Assembly: GCA_051942205.1 (NCBI GenBank)
Contig: JAVECO010000003.1
Coordinates: 248,001-312,000, forward strand
Source: Coniocarpon cinnabarinum
Taxonomy: Eukaryota
DNA length: 64,000 nt
Direction: 5' to 3'
Shown: positions 9,562 through 21,623 of the stretch, piece after piece
Numbering within the stretch: the stretch's first letter is position 1
How the letters are laid out: each line of letters begins with the position of its first letter
Notes under the pieces: model-generated
Database searches by the model: none
What the model was told of the DNA's origin: nothing
Seen by the model: only the letters and a program-made list of their open reading frames with translations
Made by a program: the position numbers and the translations under genes

Positions 9562-11151
9562 ATGGACGCCGGCGAACTCGCTCAGTCTTCTTTCAATAAC
9601 CTTTCTCCCAACAACTTTGGAGTCCCCAACTCCTTCTCTTCACGTGGTAAAGGCACCCACATCAAGCGCTTGAGTGTGGCTCCTCCAAACATGAATTCGA
9701 TCAACGAGAACGAAGTCGACCACACTCCGGCCCCGCGCACCAGTCGTGCTCACATGCTCTCTGGACTTCGTACCGCCCCGAAAGTCAACACCGGTACGAC
9801 TTCTGCTTCTGCTCCATACACGCAGACCCACTTTGGCAACGAGGCCCTTCATGCTCAGAACGCGCAGCCCGCCTATGGCACCAATTTCGCAGGATATGGG
9901 CACAACAGCTATGGCGGTCAGATGCCTCAGCAGGTTTTGTCGCCCGATCAAGTTCTCGCACCTTCCTTCCACATGGGCACTCGCGATCTCTCGCACATGG
10001 ATCAGCAGACGTATAACCAGTATATACTTACCAACATGTACTTGGCTCAACGTCAGCAGCAGCTCCAACAGCAGCTCATGAACGTTCAAGCTGCTGCTCA
10101 GCAATTCCAAACCATGAACCTCAATGGTCAGCAATCGCAGTACAGTGGCGGCCCAGTCTCTCCGACCAGCAGTATTTACAATCAACAATTGCAGAACGGT
10201 ATGCAACCTGTCGTCCAAGCAGTGCCCAACCAACCTGGCATCTATTCTGTATACAACCCCATGACCGGTCAGCAAAGCTTCTATCCGGAATCGGCTCTTA
10301 CTCAGCAGGACTCTCCTCAGTCCCCAGAGCAACAGAACTTCCAACCCGAAAGTACGTTTGCTCTTCGCAGTGATAAGTCTCCTCCGCCCGCCACAAACAA
10401 TGGGGCTACTCCGTGGGCTCGTACGGCGACTCCACCACGCCAAACACCGTCTCCACCACAGGAGGTCGCGCCGCTGCCCCAGCCATCTGCGAACGCTTAT
10501 CGTCCAAGTCATCGTCGTTCCATCTCCAGCCTCAACAAAGGTGGCGACGTGAAGCCGGGACCTCGCTCAGCTGGCATGCCTCCCACACCAGTCGATGGAA
10601 CATTCGGTCTGGGTCTCGGCCGTGCGGGCGAGCATCCTGTTCGTCAACCCCGTGGACCTCCAGCCATCGAGGAGCTCAAGGCTGCTCCAACTTCCAAGCA
10701 CGAAGGCAGCAAGAACTTTGCCACTCGGCAGCGCCGCCGTGCCTTGTTCAATCTCGTGCGTGCGGGGAACGAGAGACGCGTCGCTCGTCCAGGCAGTGCT
10801 CACGATGATTTGCCGACCCCAGGAAGCGATAGCGCGACCCCATTCGGCAATTCGTCCTCTGACGGCGAATCTGACGGTACGCAAGCCACCGCTAGCTTGT
10901 CGGCTCATTCCAGCTTTGGTAGCCTTAGGGCCGCTGCTGGTGGCGCCATTGGATCTGAGGTCAAGAAAATGAAGGAGCGCTCTCGTGAGCGTGACACCTT
11001 TGCTCGTCGTCTTACCGGCGATTCAAACTCGAGCAATGAGGATAAGACAAATGCTGGCTCAGGCACCGAGCGACGTCGCACTCCCATGCTTGTTCTCACC
11101 AGCGCGGAGAAGCGCAAGAGCTCCATGAGCTTCGGCAACGCATTCAATTAA
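9562..11151 (+). CDS. Conserved-looking fungal hypothetical protein, Q/N/P-rich and largely disordered (529 aa)
   Basis: Long uninterrupted ORF with strong C/T-ending codon bias. Short blocks HIKRLSVAPP, PRTSRAHMLSGLRTAP, PVRQPRGPP and KNFATRQRRRA. Preceded by a long pyrimidine-rich leader. Confidence 0.8.
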   Translation: MDAGELAQSSFNNLSPNNFGVPNSFSSRGKGTHIKRLSVAPPNMNSINENEVDHTPAPRTSRAHMLSGLRTAPKVNTGTTSASAPYTQTHFGNEALHAQNAQPAYGTNFAGYGHNSYGGQMPQQVLSPDQVLAPSFHMGTRDLSHMDQQTYNQYILTNMYLAQRQQQLQQQLMNVQAAAQQFQTMNLNGQQSQYSGGPVSPTSSIYNQQLQNGMQPVVQAVPNQPGIYSVYNPMTGQQSFYPESALTQQDSPQSPEQQNFQPESTFALRSDKSPPPATNNGATPWARTATPPRQTPSPPQEVAPLPQPSANAYRPSHRRSISSLNKGGDVKPGPRSAGMPPTPVDGTFGLGLGRAGEHPVRQPRGPPAIEELKAAPTSKHEGSKNFATRQRRRALFNLVRAGNERRVARPGSAHDDLPTPGSDSATPFGNSSSDGESDGTQATASLSAHSSFGSLRAAAGGAIGSEVKKMKERSRERDTFARRLTGDSNSSNEDKTNAGSGTERRRTPMLVLTSAEKRKSSMSFGNAFN

Positions 11152-12687
11152 TGTTGGAAAGCCCAGTTTCGACCTTCTGCAGAAGGCTCACCGCGGTCTC
11201 TCTTTCGACCCCTCCTTTCACAATTCTTTGGAGCACGACTTTTATGAGATCCTATTACATTATACGCGGCTCTTGATGGTTCTCGACATGGCAATCGCTC
11301 AATACACCGGCATGTTTGAGACACTACTCAACAGAATAGCTGACTTTCATTGAATTTTACATGATGCAAGGATGTGGCAGACGTTGATGGTGGCATGCGA
11401 TGGGTGATGTCAGACGTAGGGTGGAAGCAGTCGACAGAAAATAGAAAATAGAAAATTGACAATGCGAGCTCAAAATAAACAGACGATGCGAGTGAAGGGC
11501 GTTGAAGACTGCTTGTGCACGCTCCCATAGGTAGACCACGTTGTAACAAGATATGTCGAAATGTCATCCTCCATTGGCGAGCTTATCGTTTTTGGCCTCT
11601 TCTTAAAGCCATATGTGGAATCGCTCGTGTAGGCCTTCGAATGCGCTTAACACTCTAGGTTTTTAAACATATCAAGACGCACCGCAGCGCAACAAGTTAA
11701 AGTATGAACAGGAGTCCGATGCCGCTGTACTCAAGGCGTTGCCGCGTTGCAGGAGATTGATATTATCCGCGAAGTAGAGCAAAGGTCCAAATGTAGTGCA
11801 GAGATTAGTTGTTGAAAGAACATTTACTTTACTCGAGTTCACCCATAGTGAGTGTCCCATTGACTCGTGTGACTTTTTGAACGGACCCTGCCTGGCAGAG
11901 ACGAGAATACCATGATAGGAGAGTCGTGACTGCTGCTGGGACGCCCGACAAACGCGTCGACTCAACAATGAACGACGACCACGAAGGACATCCATCAAGA
12001 TGTTCTTGAATGGCGTCTTTGTAGGCGCTGGCTCCCGGGCTACGGTCCCTGAGTACTGGAACAACCTCCGGGCGTGCAAGCAAGACGCGTCTCTCATGGA
12101 GCTCAAGCTCCTGTTTTCTGATTTGAATGGAGAGCCTCTTCCTTCATCGATGATTAAAGGTGACAGCCAGCCGAGTATACGTCTGCAATGGTGGTCTAGT
12201 GCCAGACCGCAGAAATGGTGTCAAACTTTCAATGCCGTGGGCTTGCGATGGTTTCATTCGTTGAAGACACCGCCGCAGATTTGTGAAAGAACGGCTGGCT
12301 GCAGCACGGGGCTGATTGCAGAGAGGACATGGATACGCGTTATCATGTTCTGTTCTGGACTGGACTGAAACATGACAAACGCCCTTTGTGAGATTTTGGC
12401 GGATAGCTGCACTTTGTGGGTTGCGTGCGGCAAACATTGCATCACTCGCAATGGCTGGCAGGATGGCGTTCGCTGTTTAAAAGTCCACCGAAAGATGCGT
12501 CAGAGCTTTACCTGGCAGAAGGCAGAGTCACCTCCTCACCTCTCTCAGCGCTACTGCTTCTACAACTTAGTTGTTTTTATTTCATCACTCCTGTGCACCT
12601 TGCATCTCCTACTTCAAACAACCTTCATCCAATCACAATCTACATTCAAGCACTATCCGTTGTGCTGTATATTGTACCTTGCTACGG

Positions 12688-15600
12688 ATGGCAGGACTGA
12701 GTATGTCCTCTGCCAGCGGCACCCCCAGAAACGTATGCAGGTATTTTGCCACTCGCTCCGGATGCCGCTATGGCAGCTCCTGTCGCTTTTTGCATGAAAA
12801 CCCTTCTTCGGCACAACGCGGCGCTAATACAAGACCTCAACGCGGACAACCATCCGGGTTTCGCAGCTCCGGCGGAGTATACACGAACTCTGCCAGTGTC
12901 AACTTCCCACAGTGGGAGCGATTGATACCGGGCGATCCCGAAGCCACTCCACTTCACGGCCGTCTGTCTTGGTTCTTCGCTGCCGCCGAAAAGCTCGTCG
13001 AGCAAGATGAAGAGACGCGCCAATCCGTCATTGCAAGGCTGGCGACGGAATGTGGTCTCGCCAGAATAAGAGAGGCGACTCTGCATCTCGAAGCAATAAA
13101 TTCCGAGAACGAAGACATGAGCGACCATGTGTTCACTAAGGAGCTCATGCCTCTCCTCAGAGTGCTTTCTCGGCTGAACGTCATGTCGTCGCTGCTCCTT
13201 GAAAATCCTCGTGACACGATCATCAACTTCTTGTCCGGCGTGGGTGGAAGCCGTGGCAAGTCCATCTTCAATTTTGCTTGTCAACAACTGCAACGGAAGC
13301 AGAGTCTGGACGCCGCGGACACCGCTACCAATCTCGAGGCTTGTGTCATCGTTGTTGCGAAGATACTGGATCTTTCCACGGTAGCGACTTTGAGTACAGA
13401 TTATGCGCCGATATTTGAGAGCTTGCAAGTCACCTTCCACGCGTGTTTGACTAAAAATCCAGATCTAAGCTACAGTCGGTCTCCACACGCCATTCAGCGC
13501 ATTGCGCAGAGGCTTGGTCGCGGGGCTGAGATCATTGCGGTTCAGTTTGCACCTCACCAGCAGCTTGGTCACAAGAATAAACCCATTTTTGAGATGAAGC
13601 AAGACCCTCCCGGCGATCTATCTGATCAAGGCAGACGTCACAACAACGACTTCATCGACATTGAAAATATCGAAGTCCTGCCCACTGCTTCTGAGCTTCG
13701 CGCGCAGCGCACCGAATACCTGCCAGCGAGCGTTTACTCTCCTCACTGTGAAAGTGCCATTCAGGGTCTTCTAGACAAACAATTTCGCCTTCTTCGTGAG
13801 GATACTGTTGGTCAACTTCGTGAGGGCGTGAAGTTTGAGTATGAGCGACGCAACAATGTCAAGCACATAGCACGGCGAGACCAGCAAGCAGCCAGGACAT
13901 TTGCTTACTATGATGCTATATTGCATCGTGTTACTGTCGATCAGAAGCATGGTGTGCTTCTAGGTTACGATTTTACTCAGCCAGATGCAGCCAGGGGCTA
14001 TGCGTCCATTAAAGATCGCAAGGAGTGGTGGCTCCATTCGAAAAGACTACAGCAAGGTGCCATTACTTGTCTCATCGATGCAAGAGGCTCTCCCTTGTTC
14101 TGCACTGTAGTTGACAACGGATGCCGAGATCCTAATGTGAAAGCACCAAAACAGCAGAACAATTCACCCGCCATTTTCGAGAACCAAGAGCGAGCGTACA
14201 TCACACTCAGCCTGGTTGACATTTCACGGGTCTCTCTTGGCAACCTCCTTGATGGATACATACACGGGCATTCTCGGGGTTCTGATGTGCTCATCGAGTT
14301 TCCAGGAGTACTTCTCCAAGCTTTTCAGCCGTCGCTACAAGCGCTGCAGCAAATGAGCTGCAAACCTCACGAAATTCCCTTTTCCAGCCTGCTAGCGTGC
14401 CCCTCCAGTTCAGACAAGGGATTGCTTGAGGTCAAGCCACCTGCGTATATCCTCAAGAGTGGATTCAGCCTTGACCTGAGTTGTCTTCTGAGTAGCGAGA
14501 GACAACTGCAACTCTCATCCTCCAAGCCCTTCGATCTGGCTGCACTACAGGAACACACAAGTCTCGACGCAGCACAGGCAGAGAGCTTGAAATATGCACT
14601 TACTCATCGAATTGCGCTCATACAAGGTCCACCCGGAACGGGTAAATCTTATTTAGGTTGCGCAATTATGAAAGTCTTAACTCACAACGCTCGCGCTGCT
14701 CGTCTCGGCCCTCTCATATGCGTGACATACACCAATCATGCACTTGATCAAATTCTAGAACATTGCCATGCTTCTGGAATACGTCAGATCATCCGTATCG
14801 GATCTCAGTCGAAATCGGAAACGCTCGAGAGTGTGAATTTACGTGAAGTTGTCAAGAATGAGGAGCTCACTCGAACAGAGAAACAAGTACGATGGGATGC
14901 CAAAAATAGAATCAATGAATCTATAGAACAGCTCAATCATCTGTTTCTCACATTCCACGCCGCTCAGTTTACTGCCAACATCCGTCTTCATCTCCAGACT
15001 CAGTACCCTAATCACTTTGAGCAGCTTTTTGGCACTGAGGAGGTTGACGCCGAGGGCTTCCAGGTTGTTGGGCCAAATATCGTCGACCCTCTTGATCACT
15101 GGCTCAGACGTGGCGCGATCGTGTCAGACAATATGTGCCGGGGAAGCGAACTTCTTCACAGCCTGCCCCTGCATTCTCTCAATCGGACAGAGCGTAGGAT
15201 CCTCTACCATGCGTGGATTCGAGAACTTCGACAAGATATCAAATCCCAGATATGGCACGCGCTTGTGAAGTTTAAGTCGGCTCGCGAAGATATGGAAATC
15301 GTCCGTCGAGAGCAAGAGTTGAGATGCTTGCGTCAAGCTCAAATCGTTGGTATGACCACTTCGGGAATGGCTCGCGTGACTAGTCAACTGAAGCACCTGA
15401 ATGCCAAAGTTGTAATTATGGAGGAAGCAGGCGAGGTCTTAGAGGTACGTCCAGCCTTTGTGGTGCGCCGTTCGAACTCGAACTAACTCATGTCAGGCAC
15501 ACACTTTGGTGACTATGTTACCATCGGTAGAGCATGCCATTTTCATCGGCGATCACCAGCAGCTGCGACCTCAAGCTCAGAACTATGACCTCAGCGTGGA

Positions 15601-18600
15601 GAGTTCTGCTGGTAAGCAATATGCGTTCGACGTTTCTCTCTTTGAGAGATTGGTGGCGCCCATGTCCTCGGACGCACCGTCATTACCGAAACGTGCACTC
15701 AGCATCCAGAGGCGCATGCACCCAAGCATCTCGGAGCTTGTAAGAGAAACACTCTATCCACAGTTAGAAGACGCCGCAATTGTCTCGAAGTATCCTGCCG
15801 TGACCGGCATGCGAAGGAGGCTGTTCTGGTTTGATCACAAACACGAAGAGAACCACAAAGGCACAGACATGATGGCGACGTCGCATAGCAACAAATTCGA
15901 AGTGAGCATGACCGTTGCGCTTGTCTCTCACCTGATGAGTCAAGGAACTTACGACTCAAGAGACGTGGCTGTGCTCACTCCCTACTTGGGACAACTTCGC
16001 AAGCTAAGAGCAGCTCTGAGCAGTGTCTTCTCCATTGTGCTAAACGACCTTGACAGTGCAGACTTGGAAAAGGAAGATGCCGCAGCTGGCACGGCCGCCC
16101 AAGCCGAGGACACGGGAGTCTCGCAGGTCAAGCAAGTGCAGCTCTCGAGAAGTTTACGCATAGCCACCGTCGACAATTTCCAAGGTGAAGAAGCAAAGTG
16201 TGTAGTTGTTTCTTTGGTTCGCAGCAATGAAAACCGTAAATGTGGATTTCTTAAAACAACAAATCGCATCAATGTTTTGCTATCCCGTGCTCAGCACGGC
16301 ATGTACCTCATTGGGGACAGCGAGACATATTCAAATGTCCCAATGTGGAGCCATGTCATCCAACTGCTGAGCGGCAAGGGCAATCTCGGTACAACGATTG
16401 AGCTCTGCTGTCCACGCCATCCTGACACAAGCATCAATGTGACATGCCCGGATGACTTCGCGACGCTTGCTCCAGAAGGTGGTTGCAGTCTACGTTGTGT
16501 CGACCGCCTCGGATGCGGTCACGCTTGTCCTTCAAAATGCCACAGTGCCGCTCTTCATCAAGCAGTCCGGTGTCTAGAGCCATGTGCGAGGTCTGTTAGC
16601 GGGTGTGATGTGCACCCTTGCCCGAAAGTTTGCGGTGACCCTTGTCCAAAGCGCTGTCCAGCGTGGATCAAGCAGGTGAAACTTCCTTGCGGTCACAATC
16701 AAGATCTCCGCTGCCACGAAAGCAAAGATCTAACTCAAGCACGGTGTTTGCAGCCTGTCGAACGTACGCTCCAAGGTTGCGAACATACCATCACTGTGGA
16801 GTGCTATCGCACCAAGGAGCTGGAACAAGTGCGTTGCTCGGCGCTCTGCAATTCTTTACTACCCTGCGGTCATTCGTGCAAGAGACCGTGCAGCTCATGT
16901 CGATTTGTTGACGAAGCATCTGGTGAGATTGCGATTCGGCATAAGGCTTGCCTACAACTATGCGAACGTCCATATACAACATGCCAACATGCATGTCAAG
17001 CTTTGTGTCACGGCGAAAGCCCATGCAAATTGTGCTCAGCACCCTGCGATACAAGCTGCGCTCATTCCAAATGTGGCAAAAAATGCTGCGAGCCTTGTAC
17101 TCCATGCGCTGAGAGGGTGTGCAGCTCGGAGTGTCCCCATTCAAAGTGCACCATGCCATGTGGCGCACCTTGTGACTGGGTGCCTTGTAACCAAAGATGC
17201 TCCCAGCAACTCGCTTGTGGTCACCAGTGTCCTTCACTTTGCGGCGAGCAATGTCCCCCAGAGACGTTTTGCCAAATCTGTGCAAGCAACGACGTCAAGA
17301 GTCAAACTGTTGATTTCTTGGAAGGCAATCAATACGCAGACATTGTCTTGGACGACGATTCCTGCCTTTTCCCACAGTGTGGTCACATACTGACTCGCAG
17401 CAGCATGGATGGAACCTTAGGCATGCATGAACACTACGACATGGATGGAAATGGCAATATACAAGGTCCAAAAGCAAGCTCTGAGCCCTTTTCAACCGAA
17501 CTGAAGCGTTGTCCTGCGTGCCGCGGGTCACTTCGATCAATCTCTCGCTACGGACGTATCGTGCGTCGTGCTCTCCTTGACGAGTCTACGAAGCGCCTGA
17601 TCGCTTTCGCTCAGGATAAATACACAAAGCTTCAAGAGGAGTCTTTCAAGATTGAGGATGAGCTGAGCTCGTTACAGCACAACGACCGATCGACGGCGAG
17701 CTCCAACTGCAAGGCTCGCGAAACCATCAATACAAGAATATTGCACGCCTGACCTTATGGGCGAACGAGAACAGAGAGGTAAGAGCTTCTGCTGGAGAAG
17801 AATCTCGGGAACGCAATCTCACTAACTCTAACTAGGCCTTAACACTCCGTGATCGTGCCGCCGCTTTCGTCAACAATATACGAAAAGAGGAGCAGCCGTA
17901 CTACAAGGTCAAGACTATGGTCAACAACGTTCTCCGCCGGCGAGAAGAACATGCAGATGCACCGATGATCGGAATGGTCCAGTTTCGCCATTATCTTCTT
18001 GGATCCGCCCCGCTGCTACGTCTTGATCTTGCGATTCTGTCCTCTCTCATCACCTTGAAACGATCATCAACCACGGCTCCCGGTTCGTTCCAGAACAAGG
18101 ATCGAGCCGACTTCATTGTGGATTTCTCTCGGAATCGCGAAGAATGCACAAAGCTGATCGTGGCCGCGCAAAATGGCCGCCAGCCGCGTCAAGAGGCAGA
18201 AGGTTCTATTCTATTGGCGCGTTATGCAGCCCTGGAAGCTCACGTTGCCCATTACAGCCGCGGCCGTGCAATAACGGATGACCAAGATGAGCGCGTACCG
18301 TCCGCGAATGACCTCCGCACTGAAGGTCTCGAGCAACTCGATCTCGCCACTGAAGTCTGCGAAACGAACTCAGGATGCACAACAGGACTTCAGGAAGAGA
18401 TTGACGCCACAAGGAAAATGCTGAACAGTGAATTCTACCAGCCTGTCAGCAACGAAGAGCGCCGCCAAGTGCTCGCGGCCATGAAGGGAGAATTCCTAGG
18501 CACAGGCCACTGGTATACATGCGTCAACGGCCATCCGTTTACGATTGGCGAGTGTGGTCGACCGATGGAGGAGACGCGGTGCCCGCAATGCGGAGCACAT

Positions 18601-18708
18601 GTTGGAGGACGTAACCACGAGCTGGCACAGGGCGTGGAGCAGGCGCATGAGCTTAATCGCGAAGCTGATGAGTTGAGCGGTGCTATGGGTCGTTTGGATC
18701 TTGGCTAG
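12688..18708 (+). CDS. ZNFX1-like protein: CCCH finger, UPF1-like SF1 helicase, NFX1-type Cys-rich repeats, RING-like segment, C-terminal RZ-type zinc finger; contains an apparent frameshift
   Basis: CRYFATRSGCRYGSSCRFLH (CCCH); QGPPGTGKS (Walker A); EEAGEVLE/AH across intron 15445-15496; IGDHQQLRP; TVDNFQGEE; NRINVLLSRAQHG; many CGHxC repeats; intron 17779-17835; GHWYTCVNGHPFTIGECGRPMEETRCPQCGAHVGGRNH (RZ). Spliced length is 5912 nt, one base short of a whole number of codons. The frame switches between 17662 and 17749. Confidence 0.88.
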
Positions 18709-19485
18709 TGGCGCTCAGACAGGAGTGAATAGTAGAGACCTCGATGACATAGTAGTCATTGCTAGCAAGGGGTTTAGCAGAATGGTGTACGTCAAGTGAC
18801 GGATATTTCGACTATTCCATCAATGTCCTTTCCAGTTTCCTCTATCTCAGTGTTTTTCTCTTCAACAACTATTACGCACTTTGCTTCTGTTTTGTTGATA
18901 GTGTCCACTTAGCGCTAAGTGTAGACGCTTCGGCAGCTCCATAACAGATGATTCCCTGAGGTAAATGCGCTCTAGACTCAACGACCAAAGAATGATATAG
19001 CTTGTGACTCAAAGAGGACGAAGATTTCTAATTGTACTCGCCATGGCTGAACACTGAGGCCACTACAAACTCGCTGGACACGAAAAATAACATCAAATGA
19101 CGATGTGATCCCGGATGGACGCAAAAGGAGAAAAGTCCGGTCAGGATGCCCGCACTTTTCATACTTCATTAGAGATCAAAACGCATTCAGCAATATGAGC
19201 AAGTACGTTTTCGTTTCTGCATGCATGAGCTGGCTTTGTCGACATTCGAGCCCTAAACAGTCAAGTCCGAAACAATGACGTCGCATTTACTGGTGCGCCT
19301 ACTCGCGTTTCAGCATTGGTACTTGAGCTCGCTGGTGATACGGCCTTGCTAGCATACTCTCTTGGGATCATTGCGCCGCTGTCGACATTGACTCGCCCAT
19401 ACGTGGTTACAATTGTTTCGATCAGAGCGGTTGTGGAGTGCATTTCACCTGTCTGCAACAGCTGAAGCTGAAAAGATCATGAGAT

Positions 19486-20337
19486 ATGACCCTTCATCTC
19501 TCTGTTCGATGTCATCCCGTGCATCGATCCTCAATTCCGCGACACGTACACACAAGCCTTGCAAAGACCCATTTCCGTAATTATTGTTGGCCATTCAATC
19601 AAAGATTGTTACGTGGGCACACGGGATATGAGGCATCGGCGACAAGTCGATCTACTCATTCATCAGCCACTCCAAGCGCCAATCCGCGGAAAGGAAATAT
19701 TTCCACCTTTTGCCATCGTAATTTGCGCCACTTGCAGGGCAACTGCGCCAGTTCTGCTGGCTCCTCCTTCCGATATCCGCACGATACAGCTAGGTCACTT
19801 ACTATGCTTCCCATAACGAGAACGATCAAGCATGGAAAGAGGACGAATCAGGACGAAAGCAAAAAAGACGAGTGCGCACAGAAACAGGAACAGCTAATGC
19901 ATAAGCTGCACAAATGCGAGATTGCTGAAATCGAACGAGGCCCCGAGGCGCGCGAAACAGGCATCCAACGTGCAAATTTCGCCAAAAACAACGGAAACAA
20001 ACCGACAACAGCAGATTCAGTAATGAACAGTCCGTCCCACCGCTCGAATGATGTCCGAAACCAAGAGACGTCGAAAACAACGTCGTCGCCTCCGAGTGGC
20101 GATCAAAAAGGACGACTCACCTCGGAAAACGCGTCAGTTTCAACGGTTGCAGCATGCGAGGGCCCACAATGCTCAAAATCGCCGCTGAATCCCTCAATCA
20201 ACAGGCTGTTCCAAATTCTTTGGGCTGTCGTTGCAATGTACACCGCTCCAGGGAATCTCATTTTTTTCGTACTTGTGCTGTTCATCTGGGAGGTTGCGCG
20301 CGATAAGTGGAGGCGTGTCATGACGAAATGGAAATAG
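19486..20337 (+). CDS. Hypothetical protein with an Arg/Ser-rich N-terminus and a C-terminal hydrophobic segment (283 aa)
   Basis: N-terminus is rich in R/S/H and poor in acidic residues. C-terminal LFQILWAVVAMYTAPGNLIFFVLVLFIWEV looks transmembrane. Weak N-terminal similarity to the next gene. Confidence 0.55.
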   Translation: MTLHLSVRCHPVHRSSIPRHVHTSLAKTHFRNYCWPFNQRLLRGHTGYEASATSRSTHSSATPSANPRKGNISTFCHRNLRHLQGNCASSAGSSFRYPHDTARSLTMLPITRTIKHGKRTNQDESKKDECAQKQEQLMHKLHKCEIAEIERGPEARETGIQRANFAKNNGNKPTTADSVMNSPSHRSNDVRNQETSKTTSSPPSGDQKGRLTSENASVSTVAACEGPQCSKSPLNPSINRLFQILWAVVAMYTAPGNLIFFVLVLFIWEVARDKWRRVMTKWK

Positions 20338-20624
20338 TACGAGCATGGAATTGCCGGAGACGGATTGGGATGGATATACGTCTGAATCGAGAGCGACTCT
20401 TGCATTCAGTTGGGGGTTATACGTTTGCGGGTTTGAGTGTTGGAGGAATCCTTTGTTCGCTTCTGAGTTGGGTTCCTGTTCAAAATGTGATATTGAGAGA
20501 TGCGACATCCCCTGATACTTTCAGTGTGGTCATTTTTACTTGTGTTTGCTCGGTAAGGCGCACTCACATTCAGCGTTGCGTATCGTTGGTTACATTTAGC
20601 CGAAGTCGATTGGCTTTCCTTTGA

Positions 20625-21623
20625 ATGATGCCTATCCATCTTCCTGCTCGGTCACTCTCAGGGCGCGGGTCGCTTTTCCTCAAGAACATTGATTCTAGAC
20701 TGTTTAAGCGCCATGCACACCCCAGCATCACGAGTACCATATTCAATCGTAGCGTCCATACATCTCAGCGGGTACCACTTGAAAGGCGCACGCCATCGCA
20801 TTTCGTGAATCATGAAATGAGCCGGCAATCAGCCCATTCAGTGTCGTCGTCGTCTTTGCAACAAAAGACAACCAGATCCCCTTCTCCTACACACCGGAAG
20901 AAGCCACCAGCAAAGGCAGTCGAGCCGACAGAAGTCTCAGCGGACAACAAACGCCTGAAAACAAAACCACCAGCGGAGTCGACGACGATCGAGCGTGGAA
21001 ACAGTCTGAACAAGATCGACGTCACAGATATAAAGAGTAGTATTGACGCTCTCAAAAAGAACCTGGCGTGTGACAAAGTCGCCAAGGAACATCGCAAGAA
21101 CGACAACAGCTGCAAAAGGAAAAGCGAAGTCAAAGGGGGAACTCCCGTCGAGACGGACATCAATCTCAATCTATCACGTGAGGATGCGACCGAGGTTTTC
21201 GGTCATGCGCACAGACTTCTCTTGGACTTGCAGGTGCCTGTTCCAGTGGTGGTGTCGCAGGCGCTGAAGAGCCTCGTTCGCGACGGGGACTCACCAAATT
21301 CACCATGCAAAGTTGGTTACGTTCCCACAATGGCAGATCAGAAAGATGCATCAGCTTCCAGGTCTCGAGCTACGCCATCCTGGAAAAGTTCCGATCTTGT
21401 CGGTCTGTACCTAAAAGGAATGATTTTCTGCACAGGTTTGACTCTAATGATTGCCATAGTTCGCGGCGCGCTGCAAAGGTCAACGACGGGGCAATCTCCC
21501 GGCCACAGAAGTGAAGATGAGAAGGAAAGTAGCAAGAGACTACAAGGAAGGATGGCGGGGGGGAAAGAGCGCGATGAGAATGGGAGGGCTGGGACATGGT
21601 ATTGGGCAGGTTCTAGCAAGTGA
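20625..21623 (+). CDS. Hypothetical protein with a presequence-like N-terminus and a transmembrane segment near the C-terminus (332 aa)
   Basis: MMPIHLPARSLSGRGSLFLKNIDSRLFKRHAH...; hydrophobic LVGLYLKGMIFCTGLTLMIAIV; a degenerate paralog lies immediately downstream. Confidence 0.65.
   Translation: MMPIHLPARSLSGRGSLFLKNIDSRLFKRHAHPSITSTIFNRSVHTSQRVPLERRTPSHFVNHEMSRQSAHSVSSSSLQQKTTRSPSPTHRKKPPAKAVEPTEVSADNKRLKTKPPAESTTIERGNSLNKIDVTDIKSSIDALKKNLACDKVAKEHRKNDNSCKRKSEVKGGTPVETDINLNLSREDATEVFGHAHRLLLDLQVPVPVVVSQALKSLVRDGDSPNSPCKVGYVPTMADQKDASASRSRATPSWKSSDLVGLYLKGMIFCTGLTLMIAIVRGALQRSTTGQSPGHRSEDEKESSKRLQGRMAGGKERDENGRAGTWYWAGSSK

Noticed and set aside
17750..17778. Stop-codon readthrough as an explanation for the ZNFX1-like break
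   Set aside because: Reading through TGA 17750 reaches the 17779 donor in phase 2 and gives AGG CCT TAA after splicing, so readthrough does not restore the RZ exon.
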